DNA of 24,000 nucleotides. It comes from Sandaracinaceae bacterium. GTDB lineage: Bacteria > Myxococcota_A > Polyangia > Polyangiales > Sandaracinaceae. The stretch covers positions 4,836 through 28,835 of the forward strand of contig JBILQT010000066.1 of assembly GCA_044373065.1 (NCBI GenBank), read 5' to 3'. Made by a program: the position numbers and the translations under genes. The notes below the pieces were generated by a model that ran no database searches, had not been told where the DNA came from, and saw nothing but the letters and a program-made list of their open reading frames with translations. Below, one piece after another: positions 16,112-22,851 of the stretch (within the stretch, counting starts at the first letter, position 1; the number at the start of each line of letters is the position of its first letter).

Positions 16112-17317
16112 ATGTCCAGCAACGACGAAACGAATCGCGACCCCAACCTTGATGACGACGCACGCAGTGATGCGGGTGACGCGAGCGACGAAGGCGAGAC
16201 CTCTGAGAAGACGTCCCAGAGCCCTGAGAGCGAGTCGGAGTCGAGCAGCAGTGACGAGAGTGCTTCGACATCGGGCGCGCCGAGCGGGCGTCCCATGTCC
16301 GCAGGCGCCCGTCTGGCAGCGCAGAAGGCCGCCAAGGCCGTGCTCAAGGCGCAGAAGAAGGAAGAGCGCAAGGCCGCAGGGACGCCTGAGCCCACCGACG
16401 AGGTTCCCGAGGAACTCGACGAGACTGCCGAAGCAGCCCCGGAAGTGGAGCCGCTGGAGCAGACAGACCTGGGTCGCGCGACCTTGCGTGCGGGTGATTG
16501 GTGGGCCGCGAACTCCCAGCTTGCGATCGGCGCCCTGGTCGCAGTTGGCGTGGGCCTCGCTGGCTACCTTGGTTACCGCGCGTTCAACGAGAGCAAGGCG
16601 GCTGCTGCAGGCACGTTGCTCGAAGGGGCCGTCGAAGCTGCGAACGCGCCCGTCGTCGAAGCCGACGAGACCACGCCGGACTCAGAGGAAGAAGACCGCC
16701 TTACCTTCGCAACCGCAGCGGCGCGCGACGAGGCGGCCCTCGCAGCCTACCAACGCGTGATCTCCGAACACGGCGACACGGATGCAGCCGCATTCGCGCG
16801 CTTGGGTGCGGCGCGTGCCCTGGTGTCACTCGGTCGCGCGGAAGAAGCTCGGCCGCTCTACCAGGCGGCCGCAGATCACGGCGGCGAGAACGGCATCATC
16901 GGGTTCCAGGCACTTGAGGGAATCGGCGCCATTCAGGAGGGCGCAAACGACCTCGCGGGCGCACAGGCCACCTACGAGCAGTTGGGTCAGCTCTCTGAGC
17001 ACCGCTTTGAGTCGGTGTCGAAGTACCACCTGGCGCGCCTTCAGATTGCGCGCGGCGAAGAGGACGAGGCGCGGACCGCGCTGCGTGAGCTTGTGGCGGC
17101 ACTTCGCAGTGAAGATGCGGATGCACCCGAGCCCGAGTTCCCCTACGTCCTTGCACAGGCTGAGATGCGACTCCGCGAGCTTGATCCGAGCACGGCAGCA
17201 GCAGCGCCTTCGTTCGGCGGCGGTGGCGCTGGGGCTGAGATGGACCCGCAGATTCAAGAGATGATTCGCCGTATGCAGGCGGAAGCGGCTGCGGGCGGCG
17301 CTGGCGGCGGCGAATGA
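16112..17317 (+). CDS. YfgM-like (UPF0070/TPR_21-type) single-pass membrane TPR protein with a long acidic N-terminal tail
   Basis: ORF 16052..17317 trimmed to ATG 16112 (MSSNDETN...). A ~130-aa Asp/Glu/Ser-rich low-complexity tail is followed by a TM helix (WWAANSQLAIGALVAVGVGLAGYLGY). The periplasmic TPR-like region (AAFARLGAARALVSLGRAEEARPLY...KYHLARLQIARGEEDEA) is typical of YfgM. It lies immediately upstream of a BamB-like gene, as in the E. coli yfgM-bamB arrangement. Confidence 0.65.
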   Translation: MSSNDETNRDPNLDDDARSDAGDASDEGETSEKTSQSPESESESSSSDESASTSGAPSGRPMSAGARLAAQKAAKAVLKAQKKEERKAAGTPEPTDEVPEELDETAEAAPEVEPLEQTDLGRATLRAGDWWAANSQLAIGALVAVGVGLAGYLGYRAFNESKAAAAGTLLEGAVEAANAPVVEADETTPDSEEEDRLTFATAAARDEAALAAYQRVISEHGDTDAAAFARLGAARALVSLGRAEEARPLYQAAADHGGENGIIGFQALEGIGAIQEGANDLAGAQATYEQLGQLSEHRFESVSKYHLARLQIARGEEDEARTALRELVAALRSEDADAPEPEFPYVLAQAEMRLRELDPSTAAAAPSFGGGGAGAEMDPQIQEMIRRMQAEAAAGGAGGGE

Positions 17318-18528
17318 TCCCAGCGAGCAACCTGATGCGCGGCCTAAGCGGGGCTTGCCTCGCCGGCGTCACGTTGCTCGCAAGCGCTTGCTCCGGGGCG
17401 TTTCCGGCCATCGCAAGCTACTCGGACAGGATGGACCGGATCACGGGTGATTCGGGCATGGGGCGTTTCTCGCTCCGCTGGTCACGACGCCTTGGGGCGG
17501 ACCTGGCCCTGAACGAGTTGATGTCGGGCGTGACGGTCCCGGTCGAGCGCGCGGTTCCGACGCTGGATTCACTGCACGACCGCATCTTCGTGGGTTCGAG
17601 CACGGGCCAGTTGTGGTGCTTCACGGGCTCAGGATTGCGGCTCTGGATGTATCAGGCCGGCGGTGGAATTGGCGCTCCGCCAAGCCTCAGTCTCGACCGC
17701 CGGACGATCTACGTCGGCAGCGATGACGGCTTTCTCCATGCGCTCGACGCGACCTCCGGCCGCCTGCTCTGGCGCGGGGAGATGCTTGGCTCGCTCGGCA
17801 AGTCGCCGGTCGTCACCGAGGACGCTGTCTACATCGTGACCGACAACGATGTGGTGGGCGCCTACGACCGAAGCACGGGCGATGCGCTCTGGCGCTTTGA
17901 ACGCCAAGCCCCCGAGGGCTTCTACGTCACCGACCACGCAGGTCTTGTGCTTGCCGACCGTCGCCTCATCACGGGCTTTACGGACGGCGCCGTCGTCGCG
18001 CTCGACCCAAGTGATGGCCGCGTGCTCTGGGTTCGCGACACCACCGCCGACATGGACACGCACTCCGACGAGCTGCGCTTCACCGATGTCGATACGACCC
18101 CCGTTGTGCTTGGCGAGAGCGTCTACGTCGCCTCGTTCGCGGGTGGCCTCTACGCCCTTGAGGCGGCGAGCGGGAGCGTGCGCTGGGTGCGCCCCGAGTG
18201 GACGGGCGTGGTTGCGTTGGCTGACGCCGGAGGAGGCCGTTTGGCGCTCGCATCGGGCGACTTCGGGATTCAATCGGTCCGCATGGACAACGGCGACAGG
18301 CTTTGGAGCACGCCCGTCCGGCGCGGGGCTCCCACGAGCATCAGCATCGTTGGCGACAGCATCGTCTACGGCGAGACCACGGGCGGGCTTGTGACGCTCA
18401 CCTCGCTCGGTCGCGAGATCTCGCGCTATGAGGATGGCCACGGTTTCGCGGCACCGATCGCCATCGAAGCAGGCCTCGCAGCGGTCGTCTCGAACGCCGG
18501 CACGCTTCTCGTCTTCGCGGTGCGCTAG
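17314..18528 (+). CDS. bamB: outer membrane protein assembly factor BamB-like lipoprotein (PQQ-like beta-propeller)
   Basis: 404-aa ORF. ATG 17314 overlaps the upstream stop (ATGA at 17314-17317); ATG 17335 is an alternative. The lipobox-like signal is GVTLLASACSG. It has repeated PQQ/BamB blade motifs (IFVGSSTGQLWCF, IYVGSDDGFLHALDATSGRLLWR, VYIVTDNDVVGAYDRSTGDALWRF, GAVVALDPSDGRVLWV, GGLYALEAASGSVRWV). Confidence 0.8.
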   Translation: MIPASNLMRGLSGACLAGVTLLASACSGAFPAIASYSDRMDRITGDSGMGRFSLRWSRRLGADLALNELMSGVTVPVERAVPTLDSLHDRIFVGSSTGQLWCFTGSGLRLWMYQAGGGIGAPPSLSLDRRTIYVGSDDGFLHALDATSGRLLWRGEMLGSLGKSPVVTEDAVYIVTDNDVVGAYDRSTGDALWRFERQAPEGFYVTDHAGLVLADRRLITGFTDGAVVALDPSDGRVLWVRDTTADMDTHSDELRFTDVDTTPVVLGESVYVASFAGGLYALEAASGSVRWVRPEWTGVVALADAGGGRLALASGDFGIQSVRMDNGDRLWSTPVRRGAPTSISIVGDSIVYGETTGGLVTLTSLGREISRYEDGHGFAAPIAIEAGLAAVVSNAGTLLVFAVR

Positions 18529-18534
18529 CCCAAA

Positions 18535-18555
18535 CGGGCTGGGAGAACCAGCCCG
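18535..18555. terminator. 8-bp-stem hairpin between convergent bamB-like and TPR genes (weak terminator candidate)
   Basis: CGGGCTGG (18535-18542), loop GAGAA, CCAGCCCG (18548-18555). On the minus strand it is followed by TTTGGG, and there is no U-tract on the plus strand. Confidence 0.3.
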
Positions 18556-18583
18556 CGAAGGTCGTGGCGAAGCAGGCCGCCGC

Positions 18584-19591
18584 TCAGTTTGGGCGTTCGT
18601 CCAAGAGCGGGACGCTGCCGAAGAAGAGCTGGCGAATCTCCTCGGCGATGGCGCGCGCGACATCGTCCTTGCTGGGCATGCCCATGCGCTCGATGTTGCG
18701 GCGGTAGACGAAGATGCGTGAGGCCTTGGGCACTTCGCCCTCGGCCGAGAGCCCGTCGAGCAGCACGGGGATACGCGGGTCCACGCCCTCGGCCACGACC
18801 TCTGCACCTGGCACGTCGCTCACGATGACAAATGCGCCGTCGATGATGGGGCCGAACTCTTCTGGCACGCTCTGCATCGCATCACGAATGATCGCCTCAA
18901 AGTCTTCTTGCGACATCGTGCTCGCCGGATAGCCCTGCTTGAGCTCGGCATCACGCGCGTGAAGGAAGGCGACGGCCATCCCCGCCAAGTCTTTGCGGCT
19001 CTCACGACAGAGCCCGATGTAGTAGTGGGCATCGGCAAGGAGGGGCTCAACCTTGATCGCACGCTCCAAGAAGGGCTCGGCGAGCGTTGGGTTTCCGAGT
19101 TCGAACCAGGCGCGGCCCAGTGCGGCATCAATGCCGGCGTTCTCGGGGAGCTTCTTCGGCACACGCTTCAGCACGGCCTCCGCGCCCGCTTTGTCTCCCT
19201 TGCCCAAGTAGCCATCGAACTTGAGCAGAAGTGCATCCGCAAGCTCGGTCTCGTCCTCGATCCACTCGAGCGCGCTGTCGATCATCGCAATCGCGGCATC
19301 CCAATCGTGCAGCGGATGCAGCAGGACTTCGCTGGCATTCAGCATGGCTTCGACGAAGCTCTCATCGAGGTCGATCGCCTGCTTGTAGTGCTCGATCGCC
19401 TTCTCAGCGTTGCCCGAGGCGGCATGCACATAACCGAGCAGGTTCTGAACTTCGGGGGATTCGCGATCGAGTTCAGCAGCTTTCTCGGCCGAACGGAGCG
19501 CCCCCTCCGCGTCGCCTGCAGACATGCGATCCCAGGCCCGATCAATGTGGGCGCTGAGCTGATTCATCGGGTTCTTTTCTCGGCTTGCCAT
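18584..19591 (-). CDS. TPR-repeat protein with C-terminal zincin-like (DUF1025/Zincin_1-type) domain lacking the HExxH histidines
   Basis: ORF 18584..19852 trimmed to ATG 19591 (MASREKNPMNQ...), with AGGAAG ~12 nt upstream; ATG 19567 is an alternative. TPR-like helices include AEGALRSAEKAAELD, NLLGYVHAASGNAEKAIEHYKQAIDLD and LGRAWFELGNPTLAEPFLERAIKVEP. The C-terminal FEAIIRDAMQSVPEEFGPIIDGAFVIVSDVP...RIFVYRRNIER...AIAEEIRQLFFG resembles the DUF1025 layout. The upstream part of the long ORF is the repeat array and a promoter-like region. Confidence 0.72.
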   Translation of the reverse strand: MASREKNPMNQLSAHIDRAWDRMSAGDAEGALRSAEKAAELDRESPEVQNLLGYVHAASGNAEKAIEHYKQAIDLDESFVEAMLNASEVLLHPLHDWDAAIAMIDSALEWIEDETELADALLLKFDGYLGKGDKAGAEAVLKRVPKKLPENAGIDAALGRAWFELGNPTLAEPFLERAIKVEPLLADAHYYIGLCRESRKDLAGMAVAFLHARDAELKQGYPASTMSQEDFEAIIRDAMQSVPEEFGPIIDGAFVIVSDVPGAEVVAEGVDPRIPVLLDGLSAEGEVPKASRIFVYRRNIERMGMPSKDDVARAIAEEIRQLFFGSVPLLDERPN

Positions 19592-19620
19592 CGTGTGCGC
19601 TGCTTCCTGAAGGGGGCGGC

Positions 19621-19648
19621 AAGGTACGTGCGCGGGAGGGTGCGTCAA
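19621..19648 (-). promoter_or_regulatory. sigma-70-type promoter candidate for the TPR gene (TTGACG-N16-TACCTT on the minus strand)
   Basis: On the minus strand, TTGACG is the complement of 19643-19648, followed by a 16-nt spacer and TACCTT (complement of 19621-19626). It lies ~30 nt upstream of ATG 19591, with AGGAAG in between. Array 2 lies directly upstream of it. Confidence 0.4.
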
Positions 19649-19730
19649 GCGATTTGCCGCTGTTCGGGACGTTCCCGGGGCTTTCAGGCTCGCTTCAGCC
19701 TCAACACAGGGAGCCACCCCCTTTTCCAGG

Positions 19731-19924
19731 CGACAAACCACCTCGAAGCCAGGGAAGGCCTGCCCCGGAAGTGGTTTGCGTTGCCGAAAACGCAGGGCCT
19801 GCCCGATGCAGAAGTGGTTTGCGTTGCCTCGAACGCGGGCACTGCCTGACACCAGATGGTTTGGGTGGCCTTGGAGTCAGGGGATGGCCGATGCACGGGT
19901 GGTTTGGCGGTTGGCAGCCCCGCC
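19731..19924. repeat. array 2: GTGGTTTG-core units at 43/42/43-bp spacing plus one inverted copy
   Basis: TGGTTTG starts at 19772, 19815, 19857 and 19900. The first two units share an identical 18-mer, GAAGTGGTTTGCGTTGCC. An inverted core, CAAACCAC, is at 19734-19741. Units 1 and 2 each carry a small hairpin (TGCGTT-gccgaa-AACGCA and GCGTT-gcctcg-AACGC). Confidence 0.7.
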
Positions 19925-19939
19925 GACGTGAGGGGGCGA

Positions 19940-20650
19940 TCAGCGCATGCCTGGCGGACGCTCGCGGTCCATCTCCGCACTCTCGGCGCGGGTCGGAGCG
20001 TTGGTTTGCCGCTCAGGGAAGTTCTGTTCCGATTGCGGTGCGGCCGGGCGAATCGTCGCGGTGCCGTCTTCGGAGCGACGTGCGGGGGGCTGCACGGGCG
20101 CAAGGTCGGCCGGTCGGTAGTGGCCTGCGCTGAAGTCGATGTAGGTGAAGCTGAACGTGCCCTCGCTGCCGTTCGAGATCTGCGGGGCGACCTGCGCGCG
20201 CATCATCATCACGAGCACCATGTCGTTGCCGCGACGCTCGAAGCGCGCACGCACCACAGGGGTTTCGAAGAACTGCGTCTCAAGCCAGCGGCCGCTGTTC
20301 GAGAGGTGAATCGCCGTGTTCGGAAAGAGCACTTCGACGCGCCCATCGGACTCGCTCACCGTCGTTGCAACCGCGGCGGTCGTCTGCACAAAGAAGCGCG
20401 AGCCGCCCGAGGAAGTCATCTGGAAGCCGGGCCACGTCACGATGGACGTTGGCGCGGGGCGACGGCCACGGCGACGCGATGCAATCCGGTTCGCAGCAGG
20501 AGGCGGGTTCGCGCGACCGGGAGCAACACCACCGTACTCGGTGAGGTTGTGCGGCGTCCCAGCAGGACGCACTTCCTGGGCTGCGGTGGGCAGGGTGCCC
20601 AGGCTCGCGAGCCCAAGCGAGAAGACGATGGCGGTGAGTTCTTTGCGCAC
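19940..20650 (-). CDS. secreted hypothetical protein, possible AMIN-like beta domain, Pro/Arg-rich termini
   Basis: ORF 19940..20686 starts with TTG. A GTG at 20650 gives a clean signal peptide, (M)RKELTAIVFSLGLASLGTLPTAAQE. The central region VTWPGFQMTSSGGSRFFVQTTAAVATTVSESDGRVEVLFPNTAIHLSN...VVRARFERRGNDMVLVMMMR resembles AMIN-type domains. That comparison is from memory. The start is uncertain by 36 nt. Confidence 0.55.
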   Translation of the reverse strand: MRKELTAIVFSLGLASLGTLPTAAQEVRPAGTPHNLTEYGGVAPGRANPPPAANRIASRRRGRRPAPTSIVTWPGFQMTSSGGSRFFVQTTAAVATTVSESDGRVEVLFPNTAIHLSNSGRWLETQFFETPVVRARFERRGNDMVLVMMMRAQVAPQISNGSEGTFSFTYIDFSAGHYRPADLAPVQPPARRSEDGTATIRPAAPQSEQNFPERQTNAPTRAESAEMDRERPPGMR

Positions 20651-20741
20651 GAGGCGATGGTAGGCGAGAGGCCACGCGCTCCGCAAAGTGTTGGCAAGTT
20701 TCGGCTGGGTTCATGCGCGCATCGCGCACACTGGGCGACGC

Positions 20742-21899
20742 GTGAGCTCATCCAACGTCCATCTCTACAAGGCATCCGACTACGCAAACATCGCGTGGCC
20801 AAAGGCAGAGGATGCGCAGCGCGCACGCGCCTACCTCGAGCCGATCCTCCGCCAAGGGACGCGCTTTGTGGCGCCCAATCTCTCGGCGGAGCTCTTCATT
20901 GCCATCGCCGGTGAGCATGTCGTGCCCTGCACGCGCTCGCTTGAGCAACCCGCACAGAGCTACATCGTCTCGCCCTTCACGCACTACATCACCTACGGCG
21001 CCGAGGAGATCAGCAAGCTCAAGAACCCGGCGCTGGAGGCGCCACTGCGCGGCATCGTGACGGCACTCGGTGGCGTGTTGCAGCGCGCGCACTTTGATCG
21101 CGTGGTCTACGTCGACAACTGGCTCACCTCGACAAGCCTTCATCCGAGCTTCACCGAGAGCGAGCTCAAGGCGCTCATTCATGCGCTCGTCCAGGCCCAT
21201 CCTGATTGCGCGATTGTGCTGCGCTCGGTCGATGTGCGGACGGGGAGGGCGCTCGATGCGCAAGTGCGCGCGCTCGGTGCGCGGCTGGTCTTTAGCCGTC
21301 GCGTGCTCTTTCAAGACCCAAAGCAGGCGCAGCACCGGCGCGACCACCGGAAGGACAAAGCGCTGCTGAATGCAGCGCTCGCATCAGGCGCCTACCGTGT
21401 GCTTGATGCGCGGACGCTCGACCCCGAAGGCATGCGGCGCATCACCGAGCTCTACGATTTGCTCTACGTGGGCAAGTGGTCGCAGCACAACCCCAAGCTC
21501 ACCGTCGCGTACGTCACGCATGCGCTCGCCTGCGGCTTTTTGGAGGGCCAGGTGCTCGTCTCTAGGTCGGGATCGATCGACGGAGTCTTCGCCGCGTGGA
21601 CGCGCAACGGCCTCTACTACGTGCCGCTTCTTGGCTACGACACGCACCTGCCGCAGTCGCTCGGGCTCTATCGGATGCTCGCAGCACTCTCGACCGAGGA
21701 TGCGCTTGAGCGCGGTGTGCTCGTGCATGACAGCGCAGGCGTCTCCGACTTCAAACAGAACCGCGGCGCGGTGCCGGTGGTGGAGCATTCAGCCGTGTTT
21801 GACGGGCATTTGCCGCTTGCTCGACGTGCGCCTTGGGCCTTGCTCGCTGCGTTGATGTCGAAGGTGGGCGTGCCTCTGATCGAGCACTACGACCTCTGA
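20742..21899 (+). CDS. GNAT-fold acyltransferase of the FemAB/CelD/BioF2-like (Acetyltransf_6) type
   Basis: ORF 20688..21899 (GTG). I prefer the GTG at 20742 (MSSSNVHLYK...), which leaves a ~90-nt divergent promoter region, but the start is uncertain. The C-terminal ...LYDLLYVGKW...GFLEGQVLVSRSGSIDGVFAAWTRNGLYYVPLLGYD...LGLYRMLAALSTEDALERGVLVHDSAGVSDFKQNRGAVP matches the pattern of CelD/FemAB-like GNATs (...G..va......g..y....G.d......g.y........A...G...fD.g.g...yK...Ga.p). Confidence 0.6.
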   Translation: MSSSNVHLYKASDYANIAWPKAEDAQRARAYLEPILRQGTRFVAPNLSAELFIAIAGEHVVPCTRSLEQPAQSYIVSPFTHYITYGAEEISKLKNPALEAPLRGIVTALGGVLQRAHFDRVVYVDNWLTSTSLHPSFTESELKALIHALVQAHPDCAIVLRSVDVRTGRALDAQVRALGARLVFSRRVLFQDPKQAQHRRDHRKDKALLNAALASGAYRVLDARTLDPEGMRRITELYDLLYVGKWSQHNPKLTVAYVTHALACGFLEGQVLVSRSGSIDGVFAAWTRNGLYYVPLLGYDTHLPQSLGLYRMLAALSTEDALERGVLVHDSAGVSDFKQNRGAVPVVEHSAVFDGHLPLARRAPWALLAALMSKVGVPLIEHYDL

Positions 21900-21907
21900 T
21901 CGCGTCG

Positions 21908-22846
21908 TCAGTTGAGCAGCGTCCGAACGAGCAAGAGCGCGTCGATCGTCTCGGTCTCGGAGAGCCGCAGAGACACGTGCACATGCGCGCCTTCGCTCCG
22001 TGCCTCGGTCTGCATCAGCGCGGGTCGCAGCGCGCTTCGCATGAACTCCTCCCGCGCACGCCACGCCTCAAGCTGGTGCGCGATGTCGCTCGCAAGGGAA
22101 CGCGCGTCGTCTTCATTGGGCATCGCGAGCGAGGCCTCTGCATCGACGCCGTGTTCGAGCGAGATGCCGATCGCAATGTGCTCTGGACGATGCGCATCGC
22201 CACGCGGTCGCTGGCCAAAGAACGAACGCCAATCCTCTGGAAGCGTGCCGACGACGCGAACATCGCGACGCGTCTGAAGGCCCTCCCAGAGTGGGCGCCA
22301 AGCGGCATCTGCACTCGCAGTTTCACCCGCGAGTTGACGCAGTGATGAAGCCACCGCTGTGGCAGGCCCCGTCATCACGCCGTGCTCACCCAGTGGTGCC
22401 GCGACGCTTGTCCCCTGGTCGCTCGCAAGCGCAGGCGTGCCTTCAATCTCGGTCTCGTGCAGCGCGGAGCCCATGCCTTCGTTCGCGCGTGCGACGCATT
22501 GCGTGAGCTCCTCTAGCGCGAACGTACCGTGCGCACTCGCGACGACCTCTGCGAGCTGCCCGGCATCGTTGAGGAGCAAGTACCCGCGCACGCGCTGGAT
22601 GGCATCGATCGAAGCGCCGCAGTCCTCCCGAAGGCGACGAAGCGCTGCGCTGTCGGAGGCCGCGCGCGCGATCCAAGGAGCGCGCTTCAACGCCTCGATG
22701 TTCACCTCGACGACGAACGCGGTGCGCGTCGGTGCGAGCCCGAGTGCATCGGGCTCCTCGCGATGGAGTTGCGTGAGCCCGAACGTCCCAAGCGCCACGA
22801 TGGCGGCGAGCGCGAGAAGGAACGCGAGGCTTCGAGTTGGGCGCAT
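21908..22846 (-). CDS. hypothetical membrane-anchored protein
   Basis: 312-aa ORF, ATG 22846. The N-terminal anchor is MRPTRSLAFLLALAAIVALGTFGL. The start is 6 nt after the DUF58 gene stop, so it is likely the same operon. No family recognised, and it is not a vWA/BatA-type sequence. Confidence 0.65.
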   Translation of the reverse strand: MRPTRSLAFLLALAAIVALGTFGLTQLHREEPDALGLAPTRTAFVVEVNIEALKRAPWIARAASDSAALRRLREDCGASIDAIQRVRGYLLLNDAGQLAEVVASAHGTFALEELTQCVARANEGMGSALHETEIEGTPALASDQGTSVAAPLGEHGVMTGPATAVASSLRQLAGETASADAAWRPLWEGLQTRRDVRVVGTLPEDWRSFFGQRPRGDAHRPEHIAIGISLEHGVDAEASLAMPNEDDARSLASDIAHQLEAWRAREEFMRSALRPALMQTEARSEGAHVHVSLRLSETETIDALLLVRTLLN

Positions 22847-22851
22847 GGAGC

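Noticed and set aside
20692-20705. Sigma-54-like TGGCAAGTTTCGGC upstream of the GNAT gene
   Set aside because: The GG-to-GC spacing is one nucleotide short of the strict -24/-12 spacing, and the -12 region lacks the TTGC context. It would also lie inside the ORF if the 20688 start is real.
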